Assembly (NCBI GenBank): GCA_963764165.1
Contig: CAVXRD010000002.1
Span: 288,001-352,000, forward strand
Source: an uncultured Verrucomicrobiae bacterium
Lineage (GTDB): Bacteria; Verrucomicrobiota; Verrucomicrobiia; Limisphaerales; Palsa-1400
Reading direction: 5' to 3'
Length of the DNA: 64,000 bases
The translations under genes and the position numbers were made by a program. The notes below the pieces were generated by a model. The model saw only the letters and a list, made by a program, of their open reading frames with translations, did no database searches and was not told where the DNA came from. The first letter of the stretch is position 1. Each line of letters opens with the position of its first letter. Shown piece by piece: positions 29,326-38,711 of this stretch.

Positions 29326-31665
29326 ATGAAACGAATCATGCTTTTGCCGGTTTTGTTCCTTTTTGCTCTGCGCGCCGCGGCGGATGGGTTCATCGTCATT
29401 CATCCCGGGCCGCATTCGCCGCACGGAATTCCCTATGAATTTGCGCCGCTGGAGGTTTCCTACCACCATGTCAACGTCAAGGTCGAGGGCCAGATCGCCA
29501 CGACCACGGTTGACGAGGAATTCTACAATCCCAACTCCCAGCAACTCGAGGGCACCTACCTGTTCCCGGTGCCGAAAGGCGCGCAGATTGACAAGTTCAG
29601 CATGGAAATCGGCGGCAAGCAGGTCGAAGCCGAATTGCTGGCGGCGGACAAGGCGCGGTCGATCTACGAGGACATCGTGCGCAAATTGCGCGACCCCGCC
29701 CTGCTTGAATACGCCGGGCGCGACACTTTCAAGGTCCGCATCTTTCCCATCGAGGCGAACAAGGGGAAGCGGGTCAAACTTTCGTATTCCCAAGTGCTGA
29801 CTTCGGATGGCGGTCTGGTCAGTTACGTTTACCCTTTGAACACGGAGAAGTTTTCCTCTAAACCGATCAAGAGCGTTTCGGTAAAGGTAGAATTGGACAG
29901 CGCGAAACCCATCAAGACGATTTATTCCCCCAGCCATTCCGTCGAGATCAAACGCGACGGCCCGCGGCGCGCCACCGCCAGTTATGAAGCAAGCGATGTC
30001 AAACCCGACACCGACTTCGCGCTCTATTTCGCTCCGGAAAAAGACGATGTCGGCTTGAATCTCATCACCTCCAAAACCGATGGCGAAGACGGGTACTTCA
30101 TGCTTTTCGCTTCGCCGGGCGTCGATACCAAATCCGAAAAACCCGCGCCGAAGGACGTCGCGTTTGTGCTCGACACGTCCGGCTCGATGGCTGGCCGAAA
30201 AATCGAGCAGGCCAAGAAGGCTTTGCGATTCTGCGTCGAAAATCTCAATGACAACGATCGTTTCGAAGTCATGCGTTTTTCCACTGACGTGGAGCCGCTG
30301 TTTGGAAAATTGACGGAAGCGTCCAAAACCAATCGCGCCAAGGCGGAAGCGTTCGTGGATGACCTTAAAGCGGTTGGGGGCACTGCCCTGGACGACGCGC
30401 TGCGGCAAGTTCTCGCCACTCGGCCGCCGACCAATGACAGGCCTTTCATAATTGTGTTCTTGACCGACGGCGAACCAACCGTCGGCGAAGTCAACGAGGA
30501 CAAGATTGTGGCCAACGTCAGAGTGGAGAGCGAAGGAAAAACCCGCATTTTCTGTTTCGGCATTGGCAGCGACGTCAATACACATTTGCTCGACCGCATC
30601 GCCGAGGATACGCGAGCCGCAGCCCAATACGTCCTCCCTGAGGAGGACTTGGAAGTGAAGGTATCGAGCTTTTTCTCGAAAATCACCGAGCCCATTCTTG
30701 CCAACCCAGTCCTGCATGTGACAGGCGGCGTGACCATTTCCAAGATGTATCCCGACGCACTGCCTGATATGTTCAAAGGCGGTCAACTCATTGTCGTGGG
30801 GAGATTCAAGGGCGAAGGTTCGGCGGCGGTGGAAATTGAAGGGACATTGAACGGCAAACCCAAGAAGTTCGCGCAGGACGTTAAATTCTCCGCTACGACA
30901 AAAATGGAATTCATCCCGCGGCTGTGGGCGACCAGGCGCGTCGGTTATTTGCTGGACGAAATGCGCCTGCACGGCGAAAACGCGGAATTGCGCGACGAGG
31001 TCACGGAATTGGCGCGGCATTACGGCATTGTCACGCCTTATACGGCCTATTTGATTATTGAGGATGAGTCGCATCGAAACGTCCCGCTTTCCATGCAGTC
31101 CCTTCCCCAACTCAATAGCGACGCGGCAGCCAAGGCTGCCGTGGTGCAAAACTGGAGTTCCTTCAAAGATCGGCGCGGCGGAGAGCAGGCGCTGGCAGAT
31201 TCCCGATACGGTTCCGCGCTCCGCTATGCCGCCTCGCCGGATGTTGCCAACGCGACTGGACAGATTGAAGGCGCGCGGGCGTTGGGATTATCAACACTTT
31301 CAGCAAGCGCTGCGGCACCCGCCTCTCCTGCGATGGCAGGCGGGGCGGGTGGGGCGCGACGTTCAGCATTCCAGAATAATCTCGGCGCTTCTAGCGGGGC
31401 CGAATTCGACTCCCGCGCGCGGGCCGCGCAGTACACCCAGCAAACGCGCTTCGTCGGCGGCAGGAATTTCTTCCAAAACGACCAACAGCAATGGATTGAT
31501 CCGTCCGTGCAAAACCTGTCGAACGCCAAACGGGTGCGCGTCCAATTCAATTCGCCGGAATATTTCGACCTCGCGACGAAGGAACCACAAGCCCGCGCAT
31601 GGCTTTCCCTTGGCCGCAATGTGCAGTTTGAGCTGCACGGGACGATTTACGAAGTCTATGAGTGA
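29326..31665 (+). CDS. VIT and vWA domain-containing secreted protein
   Basis: Signal peptide; VIT (FYNPNSQQLEGTYLFPVP, DPALLEY); MIDAS DTSGS, GGT, FLTDGEPT, FGIG; IVTPYTAYL. Confidence 0.9.
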   Translation: MKRIMLLPVLFLFALRAAADGFIVIHPGPHSPHGIPYEFAPLEVSYHHVNVKVEGQIATTTVDEEFYNPNSQQLEGTYLFPVPKGAQIDKFSMEIGGKQVEAELLAADKARSIYEDIVRKLRDPALLEYAGRDTFKVRIFPIEANKGKRVKLSYSQVLTSDGGLVSYVYPLNTEKFSSKPIKSVSVKVELDSAKPIKTIYSPSHSVEIKRDGPRRATASYEASDVKPDTDFALYFAPEKDDVGLNLITSKTDGEDGYFMLFASPGVDTKSEKPAPKDVAFVLDTSGSMAGRKIEQAKKALRFCVENLNDNDRFEVMRFSTDVEPLFGKLTEASKTNRAKAEAFVDDLKAVGGTALDDALRQVLATRPPTNDRPFIIVFLTDGEPTVGEVNEDKIVANVRVESEGKTRIFCFGIGSDVNTHLLDRIAEDTRAAAQYVLPEEDLEVKVSSFFSKITEPILANPVLHVTGGVTISKMYPDALPDMFKGGQLIVVGRFKGEGSAAVEIEGTLNGKPKKFAQDVKFSATTKMEFIPRLWATRRVGYLLDEMRLHGENAELRDEVTELARHYGIVTPYTAYLIIEDESHRNVPLSMQSLPQLNSDAAAKAAVVQNWSSFKDRRGGEQALADSRYGSALRYAASPDVANATGQIEGARALGLSTLSASAAAPASPAMAGGAGGARRSAFQNNLGASSGAEFDSRARAAQYTQQTRFVGGRNFFQNDQQQWIDPSVQNLSNAKRVRVQFNSPEYFDLATKEPQARAWLSLGRNVQFELHGTIYEVYE

Positions 31666-31716
31666 GGCAAAGTGCGCCGATTTGTCACCTGCTGTCCTAT
31701 GTGACAATTTGTAGGG

Positions 31717-32694
31717 ATGGAAGGCATGCCAGAAGGCGAGCCAGGCGAAGGAAAAACAGATCCATTGCCTGACTACTCGCACAGCGCACATGAGAAGGGC
31801 CGCACTTTAGCAAAGTGTTGCCTTTGGTCGCCTTTCATTGGCGTTGCCTTCTGGTTCATCGCGGGCGCCCTCGTTAGAGGATCTGACTGGGGAGGAATTG
31901 TTGTTGTCATACTCGCCTTTGTGCTGTTCGCGGGCGGAATTACGCTGGGCATCGCCGCGTTGAGACGGCGGACTCCGGAAGGACGCAAGGGAATCGTCGT
32001 CCGATGCGTTATTGGCATCACCCTCAATGTAATGCTTCTATGTTTGACAATAACTGTATTTTTTATGGGTTTGTCCGTGATTCGCTGGGACGCCCGGGAA
32101 AAGTCGCGGAAAGCGGAAGAACAGAAATTGGAGAAGAAGCGCATCGCCGAACTTGAAGAGGTGAATGTGGAATACAAAGCCGAAATCAAGGTGATCAGAG
32201 ATCGCTATTTCGCCAACGCAGCGGCCTTGACCAATCATCTGTTGCTCGATATGGCACCCGTGAAAACTCGCGCCGAAATCGAGGCGAGGCGGCAGATCGT
32301 GCAAAACTTTGTGGACGGCGCCAAAGGAATGGAAGCTTTCGCGACAAACGCGCCTGCCATGTATCAAGAGCTGGTGGATAAGCGCGATTTGCCGCCGCGG
32401 TTCAAAAAATCATTTCTCGATGAATTCAAGAAATCTCTCGGAAACAAGGCGTCGGACACGCTCCGGTGGCGTCCCACTGAAGTGCATTACGGGGAGCTGA
32501 TGCTGCAAATGCTTGATCTCTTTTATGATTCATGGGGGCACTGGAAATATTCCACCGCGAGGAAGCGGGTGGAATTTCAAGATGCCAAGGCCTTGGTTGA
32601 ATACAATTCCCTCGCGCAACAAATCAAAGACACCGCAGCCCGGTTGAATGAGCTTCGAGAAAGCAGCCAAACCAACGCAGCCACCGTGCCGTGA
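31717..32694 (+). CDS. Hypothetical membrane protein (three N-terminal TMs plus helical soluble domain)
   Basis: 325-aa ORF co-oriented with its neighbours, hydrophobic N-terminus. Confidence 0.7.
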   Translation: MEGMPEGEPGEGKTDPLPDYSHSAHEKGRTLAKCCLWSPFIGVAFWFIAGALVRGSDWGGIVVVILAFVLFAGGITLGIAALRRRTPEGRKGIVVRCVIGITLNVMLLCLTITVFFMGLSVIRWDAREKSRKAEEQKLEKKRIAELEEVNVEYKAEIKVIRDRYFANAAALTNHLLLDMAPVKTRAEIEARRQIVQNFVDGAKGMEAFATNAPAMYQELVDKRDLPPRFKKSFLDEFKKSLGNKASDTLRWRPTEVHYGELMLQMLDLFYDSWGHWKYSTARKRVEFQDAKALVEYNSLAQQIKDTAARLNELRESSQTNAATVP

Positions 32695-32741
32695 TTCGCC
32701 CTTGCTGGATTTCAGCGGCGAGCCGTGTTAATGAAATGGGC

Positions 32742-33686
32742 ATGAAGATGTTCTCGATGGCTTTGGTTTGTTTGACATGCCTTTGCAAGACGCAGGCGCA
32801 AACGGATAATGCGGTGGCGCCCCTTCCCCCCGCCGGACAGCCGACAACGAACCAAGCTGCCACCACCGGGTCTCCGGTTACCTTTACCGCAGGGGCTACA
32901 GGCACCGCTCCTTTTACTTATCAATGGTTTTTTGGCGGTGTTTTGATTGAGGGGCGCGATGCCGGCGGCATCCACACCGCCACCGTCGAATATAAAGATG
33001 GCGATGCCGTCCTTGAGGGCTATCTGGCTTACAGCACCGAGAAAACTGGAAAGCGGCCCGGCGTCCTCGTCGTTCATCAATGGAAGGGTCTCGGCGAATA
33101 CGAAAAGGGCCGGGTCGAGATGCTGGCCAAGATGGGTTACGTCGCGTTCGCTGCGGACATTTACGGCAAGGGCATCCGCCCGCAGGATCCTCAGGGCGCT
33201 GGCGCGCAAGCTGGGAAATACAAATCAGACCGCGAACTGCTTCGCAAACGCGTCACGGCCGGCTTGGATGTGTTGCGGAGCTTCGATGTCACCGACACCA
33301 GGCACGTTGCCGCCATTGGCTATTGCTTTGGCGGGACAACGGTTCTCGAATTGGCCCGCAGCGGCGCGGACATTTCCGGCGTCGTAAGTTTCCATGGCGG
33401 GCTGGATTCTCCAAAACCGGAAGACGGCAAAAACATCAAATGCAAAGTGCTCGTCCTTCATGGCGCGGATGACCCGTTTAACTCAGCGCAAAATATAACC
33501 GCGTTTGAAAACGAAATGCGCGGCGCGAAAGTGGATTGGCAAATGGTGCAATACGGCGGCGCGGTTCACAGCTTCACAGAAGTCGCCGCGGGCAGCGACA
33601 ATTCCAAAGGCGCGGCTTACAACGAAAAAGCCGACCATCGCTCATGGGAAGCGATGAAGGAATTTTTCGCTGAAATTTTCCAATAA
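32742..33686 (+). CDS. Dienelactone hydrolase family protein with signal peptide and partial Ig-like segment
   Basis: PGVLVVHQWKG, IGYCFGG (catalytic Cys), HGADDP, AVHSFT. Confidence 0.9.
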   Translation: MKMFSMALVCLTCLCKTQAQTDNAVAPLPPAGQPTTNQAATTGSPVTFTAGATGTAPFTYQWFFGGVLIEGRDAGGIHTATVEYKDGDAVLEGYLAYSTEKTGKRPGVLVVHQWKGLGEYEKGRVEMLAKMGYVAFAADIYGKGIRPQDPQGAGAQAGKYKSDRELLRKRVTAGLDVLRSFDVTDTRHVAAIGYCFGGTTVLELARSGADISGVVSFHGGLDSPKPEDGKNIKCKVLVLHGADDPFNSAQNITAFENEMRGAKVDWQMVQYGGAVHSFTEVAAGSDNSKGAAYNEKADHRSWEAMKEFFAEIFQ

Positions 33687-33714
33687 ACTTCGCCTCAGCG
33701 ATGCAGATTAAAGA

Positions 33715-33862
33715 GGCAGCGCGACCGTCCTGGTCGCCTCCGGTCGGCGTCCCGCCGACTGGCTTCGGCGGAAAATCTGAATTCAACCGTGCGGTGATTC
33801 ATCAGAAGACTAGATGTCTTCGGCGGGACGCCGAAGACGACGGTCGAGACGACCGCGCTCCC
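33715..33862. repeat. Composite REP doublet, family 3 (GGAG type)
   Basis: GGCAGCGCGACCGTCCTGGTCG..TCGGCGTCCCGCCGA ... TCGGCGGGACGCCGA..CGGTCGAGACGACCGCGCTCCC. Confidence 0.75.
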
Positions 33863-33898
33863 CAATTTCAATTGAATTGTTACGGCTTGGATGATGCG

Positions 33899-35563
33899 TC
33901 AGCGCCCCGCTTTCGGCCGGGCTGCGCCTTGGCCTGGCGGCGATTTCGAGAGCAGGCCGAGTTCGGAAACGGAGAAATAATATTCGTCTGAGTCCGTTTG
34001 ACCGGCATTTTTGCACTTTTGGAACCAAACCCGCGCGCCAGCCGGGTCCCCCATGCTCAGGCTCCTCATGCCGATGTAGTAATAGGCGAGCGCTTTATTC
34101 TCTTCTGCATCCCCGCTTTTTTTGGCGGCGGCGATCAGCGCCTTCTCATCAATGCGCCCGACCAAAAACTGGCCGAGCGTTTTCGGCCAGCCGTAGTCCA
34201 CGCCTGAAAGCCCTTCCAGAGGCGTTCCGACAACTTCCACTGCTTCCAGGCTGATTTTGGGATCGGTCTTTCCACCGCCAAGCGGGGTGGCGGCGGAATT
34301 GGGTTCCGCCTCGGGCAAATTTGCCAGCCGCCATAGCAGTGTTTGACGATATAGGCGCTCCCACTCCGAAAAATCAGGCCGCAACTCGATTGATTTGTCG
34401 TAATTGGAAACCGCCCCGGCAAAGGCGCACCCGGCTTGAAGCAGAACGCCGCGGTCCGACCACGCCCGGGCGTTCCGCGCATTGATTTCCAGGGCGCGCC
34501 CGAAATCGATCATCGCGCTGTCAAACATCCCGTGGCGCCTTTTGAATTCTCCTTCCCGCACAAAAAAACCGTCCGCTTGCAACTGCACATTGCTGTCGAC
34601 TTTCCACATTTCCACCGGAGCTAAACCAGCTCCTCTTTTTGTTTTTTTGGCCGCTGCCGGCCGGGCCGCCGCGCCGCGCGGATGCACGTAAGCCCATCCG
34701 TTGCTGCCATCCACAATCAAATCCATCCGCGACAACGCGCCCATGCCGAGGGACCAAACCGTCGTCGCGGCTGGATCGTCTTCGCCCAGGCGCCCCGCCG
34801 CTTCATCGTCCATGTCCTCAATGAATGCATCTGTGACAGAGAGCGGGCCGATTTCCACGTTGTCCGCCAGCGCTTCGTGGTCCGTGGCGACCAGAAGCGG
34901 CAATCCCCAAACTTTGTGTGTGACCATCGCCGCCGCCGGATGCGCCTGCCTCCATTCTTTCCATTGCGGCGGCGCCAGCATGATGGACCGGCTGTCTGCG
35001 GTGTCTACATAAGCCACACCTTTCTTTCCGCCGGCCAGCGGCACTTCCAGCATCAATGCCTCCGTCGGGAGCACCCGCCATTTGAGCCAGCCGGCGGTTT
35101 CAGGCGGCAATTGCTCCACGCGCCGGATGACGTGCCGATCTGAGTCAAACACAAGAATATTGTCCCGCACTTCCGGCCAGCCCACCACTCCTTCCATGTT
35201 GCCAGTCACTTCCCGGTAAAGCTGCATGAACTCATGGTAAAGAAACGGATGGGTCACTTTGACCGCTTGCCGCAAGACCCACGGCACCTTCTTAATCGGA
35301 TCGCCAAGAACATAGATCGGCGCGCTGAACTTTTTGCCGCCGGATTCCACCTCGGTCGACGTCGAAAAGGGATCACCCGCAAAACCAAGCCGTTTCGCCC
35401 CATCCTCCAAGACAAGCGACGTGCCAAGGCTGCTGGCAAAAATCATGCGCGCCTGGCGGCCATTGAGTTGGATCATGTAGTCAACAAAGTTGGTGGACAC
35501 CTCGACGGGCCACGCTTTGGCCGCCAGAAGCATCAGCAGCAGAATCGCGCGAAAAAGCGTCAT
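33899..35563 (-). CDS. Secreted protein with retropepsin-like N-terminal region and C-terminal TPRs (NlpI-like tail)
   Basis: Signal peptide; AMIDFGRALEIN...AVSNYDKSIELRP; ALAYYYIGMRSL..GDPAGARVWFQKC. Confidence 0.75.
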   Translation of the reverse strand: MTLFRAILLLMLLAAKAWPVEVSTNFVDYMIQLNGRQARMIFASSLGTSLVLEDGAKRLGFAGDPFSTSTEVESGGKKFSAPIYVLGDPIKKVPWVLRQAVKVTHPFLYHEFMQLYREVTGNMEGVVGWPEVRDNILVFDSDRHVIRRVEQLPPETAGWLKWRVLPTEALMLEVPLAGGKKGVAYVDTADSRSIMLAPPQWKEWRQAHPAAAMVTHKVWGLPLLVATDHEALADNVEIGPLSVTDAFIEDMDDEAAGRLGEDDPAATTVWSLGMGALSRMDLIVDGSNGWAYVHPRGAAARPAAAKKTKRGAGLAPVEMWKVDSNVQLQADGFFVREGEFKRRHGMFDSAMIDFGRALEINARNARAWSDRGVLLQAGCAFAGAVSNYDKSIELRPDFSEWERLYRQTLLWRLANLPEAEPNSAATPLGGGKTDPKISLEAVEVVGTPLEGLSGVDYGWPKTLGQFLVGRIDEKALIAAAKKSGDAEENKALAYYYIGMRSLSMGDPAGARVWFQKCKNAGQTDSDEYYFSVSELGLLSKSPPGQGAARPKAGR

Positions 35564-35708
35564 CACGCGCTGGTTATGCCTAAAACCAGCTGGCAATACA
35601 ATGCCTTGCTGTGTGCATCTCATTCCCATTTTTCAACTCCGTTCCCTCGGTCTTTCTCCTGTTCAGATTTTTATTTTGCTCGTTGGCGCCGGGACATCCG
35701 TCCCTTGG

Positions 35709-38492
35709 TCACCGGCTGCTGATCTGCACGGCCTGCAACAGGCGCAGCTTGATCGATTTTTGGCGCTCGGGATCGAGGATTTTTGAGCCGTTTCTTTCCG
35801 CGATGTAAAATGTGTCCATCGCCGCGCCCCGCTCGGTCAGGATTTTTGCGAGGTAGACGTTGACGTTCAATTCCGCCAGGGCGCGGGAGACATCGTAGAG
35901 AAGGCCGACCCGGTCCTCGGCCTGGAAATCGATAATCGTGCGCGTGTCGGAGGTGGCGTTGTCCAACTCGATGGCAGTCTGGATTCGCTCGCCTTCCAGG
36001 GATTTGAACGCGCTGGGGCCGGGGCGAACCTTGGCGATGAGCGACGGCAAATCCACCGCCGCACCCGTCAACACCCGCTGCGCGAGCTGCTCGAATTTTT
36101 CGCGTTCCTCCTTATTTGCCAGCAGGCCGGTTTTCGCGTCGGTCACATAAAAGGTGTCGAGAATAATTCCATCAAAGCGCGTCAGGATTTCGGCTCCCAG
36201 AATATTCAGCCCGGCGGCGGTCAGGCAGCCCGTCACGCTGGTGAAAAACCGCTCGCGATCCCATGTGCAAAGCTTGACCGCCGTGTAACCGCGGTCGCGC
36301 TCGTGATGCCACGTGATGACAGGGGCGAGCGCGTTCTCCTCCCCAATGGACAATTGCAAATGGATGAACCGATGCACTTGCGTAAGGTCGCCGATGATTT
36401 CCTGCGGATCATTGATCTGGCTGTAGCGCGGCGGAAGATTGTTGAAATGCGCATGAATTTCATCTGGGTCAAATGTGGCCGGCGCAAGGCGCTGAACCTC
36501 CTCGATCAACAGCTCGCGGCGGCGAGCTTCGGCCAATTGAAAATCCGTCCCGCCCACCAAGACCTGGCGGGTTTTCCGGTAAAGGCTCCACAGCGAGGAG
36601 TCCTTGAACCCGTTCCATAATTGATCGCTCGTTCCCATCGAATCGGCAAACGTATGCAGTGTCAGCATGACCAGGTTTTCAGTGGTTTGAATGAGGCGGG
36701 CGAAATTCTGAATGACAGTCTGATCGTCCAGGTCGCGGCGCTGCGAAATTTGCGCCATCGCCAGGTGATTTTCAACCAGAAGGCGCAGCGTGTGCGACTG
36801 GACTCCGTTCAATCCCAGCCGGTGTGAGACGCTCTCCGCGACGCGGCCGCCCACCTCCTCGTGCTTTCCCGTTCGGTATGCCTTGCCGGAGTCATGCAAC
36901 AGCAGCGCGAGGTAGAGAACATCAGCGCCCTCGATCTCCCGCGAAATCTCCGCGTAGGCGCTGCAGGGCCGCGTTTTGGCAAACCACACCTGATCCAATT
37001 TTTCGATGCACATCAGCGTGTGCTCGTCGGCGGTGTACTGATGGTAAAACTCCAGTTGGACTAGACAGGTGAGCTTTCCAAATTCCGGCAGGAATTTTCC
37101 CAGAAAACCCACCTCATGCATCGCACGGAGAATCGGCGCCACGCTGCCGCGGCGATCCAGAATTTCCATGAACGTTTCGCGCACATGCGGGTCGTGGCGA
37201 AACGACTTGTCAACCAGCGAAAGCTGGTTGCGGATGAGCTGGGCGGTGGCCGGGTGCAGCTTCAATTCCTTCTGCTGCATGTGCAGGAAAACGCGCATCA
37301 GCCGCTTGGGATTTTCCCGGAAAATGCCGGATGAAACCGCGCGAATCTCGCCATCGGAAAATTTCAAGCCGTCCACGATTGTCTCGCGTTCGCGTTCCGC
37401 GCGGGCGCCGAAGAAATTCCGGGCAAAAGCGAACAAGCGCCGGGGCGGCGGCGGTGGCAGAAGGGCGAGCCGCCGCTCGACAGTCCGCGTGATGAAATCA
37501 ATGTTTCGCGCGTGCCCGTAATACTCGCGCATGAAAGATTCCAGGCGCCGGCCCGCGCCCCGGTCGTGCCAGCCAAGATTCAGCGCGACCGCGGGCTGCA
37601 TCTGGCGGTTCAGCACATCCACCGGGCGCCCGACCGAGTAGTGCAGCTCGTTGCGGACGCGCAGCAAAAATCCGTAAGCGCTGTCAAGCTGTTTGCGTTC
37701 CGATTCGCTGATCAACTCGCGCTGCTCCAGGTCCGCCAGGGTGCGTGTGCGATATTTGAAATAGGACATCCACAGGAGATTTTGATAATCGCGCAGGCCG
37801 CCGCAGCCGTTCTTGATGTTGGGCTCCTGCATGAACGGGGAATTGCCGTATTTCTTCCGCCGCGAAGCCTGGTCTTCCACGCGCATTTGGATATACTCAT
37901 TTTCGTGATCCCTCACGCATTTGGCCACCAGCGAGCGGCTGAATTGATCGAACAGCACCTCGTCGCCCGTGATGCGGCGGGCTTCAATCAGCGCGGTCTT
38001 GGACTGCATGTCGGCATTGGCGACGCGCACGCAATCGTCAACAGAGCGAACCGAATGCCCAATTTTCAAACCCAAATCCCAAAGTGTGTAAAGCGTGCCG
38101 TCCACCAGCTCCCCCAGGGCGGGGCGCGCCTTGCCGTCGGACACCATATCGCTTTGGTGCAGAAACATGATGTCGATGTCGCTTTGCGGATTAAGTTCGG
38201 CCCGCCCGTAGCCACCGATGGCGACCAGGGCGACGCCGGACGAGCGGTCCGCCCAGGCCGCCGAGGCTTTTTTCGTGCCCTTGATGATTGAGCGCAGCAC
38301 CAAATCCATGATCTTCGAGCGGGCCTGGCAAATTTCCCGGCCGTCCGCGCCAGCCCGATGCAGAATCTTCAAGCGATGGGCTTCGACTTTTAGAAATCTC
38401 TTGTAGCGCGCCATCTCCTGGCGGGGCATGGCCTTGGGAGGCAGGGCGAGCCGTTCGGCCGCGCTGGCCTCAATTTTTCCGAGCAGCGTCAT
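35709..38492 (-). CDS. glnD: [Protein-PII] uridylyltransferase
   Basis: AIGGYGRAEL..SDIDI, EPNIKNGCGGLRD, YHQYTADEHT, LLHDSGK (HD), two C-terminal ACT domains. Confidence 0.95.
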   Translation of the reverse strand: MTLLGKIEASAAERLALPPKAMPRQEMARYKRFLKVEAHRLKILHRAGADGREICQARSKIMDLVLRSIIKGTKKASAAWADRSSGVALVAIGGYGRAELNPQSDIDIMFLHQSDMVSDGKARPALGELVDGTLYTLWDLGLKIGHSVRSVDDCVRVANADMQSKTALIEARRITGDEVLFDQFSRSLVAKCVRDHENEYIQMRVEDQASRRKKYGNSPFMQEPNIKNGCGGLRDYQNLLWMSYFKYRTRTLADLEQRELISESERKQLDSAYGFLLRVRNELHYSVGRPVDVLNRQMQPAVALNLGWHDRGAGRRLESFMREYYGHARNIDFITRTVERRLALLPPPPPRRLFAFARNFFGARAERERETIVDGLKFSDGEIRAVSSGIFRENPKRLMRVFLHMQQKELKLHPATAQLIRNQLSLVDKSFRHDPHVRETFMEILDRRGSVAPILRAMHEVGFLGKFLPEFGKLTCLVQLEFYHQYTADEHTLMCIEKLDQVWFAKTRPCSAYAEISREIEGADVLYLALLLHDSGKAYRTGKHEEVGGRVAESVSHRLGLNGVQSHTLRLLVENHLAMAQISQRRDLDDQTVIQNFARLIQTTENLVMLTLHTFADSMGTSDQLWNGFKDSSLWSLYRKTRQVLVGGTDFQLAEARRRELLIEEVQRLAPATFDPDEIHAHFNNLPPRYSQINDPQEIIGDLTQVHRFIHLQLSIGEENALAPVITWHHERDRGYTAVKLCTWDRERFFTSVTGCLTAAGLNILGAEILTRFDGIILDTFYVTDAKTGLLANKEEREKFEQLAQRVLTGAAVDLPSLIAKVRPGPSAFKSLEGERIQTAIELDNATSDTRTIIDFQAEDRVGLLYDVSRALAELNVNVYLAKILTERGAAMDTFYIAERNGSKILDPERQKSIKLRLLQAVQISSR

Positions 38493-38711
38493 CTGTGTTA
38501 TCGGTGATACGTTAAGTTACCCCGGAGAAGAAAGAAGCTCAATTTTCCCGGCCGCGAAAAGTAGAAAATTGCGGCCGTCATTTCCGCTGGATGGAGCGGG
38601 TGAAGGGAACCAAGCCTTCCAGTCAATATTGTTCAAAGGGCACCGGGCTTGAACGGGAATCAAAAGAAATGGTTTTAATTTGGGAGGTGGCCTAACGCAG
38701 GCAGGCATGCG

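Noticed and set aside
29173..31149. Long antisense ORFs (also 5200..6405, 15134..16273, 18129..19517, 20736..22085, 25670..26866, 44746..45888, 60418..61536)
   Set aside because: They overlap well-supported genes on the other strand, have no motifs, and are expected in GC-rich DNA
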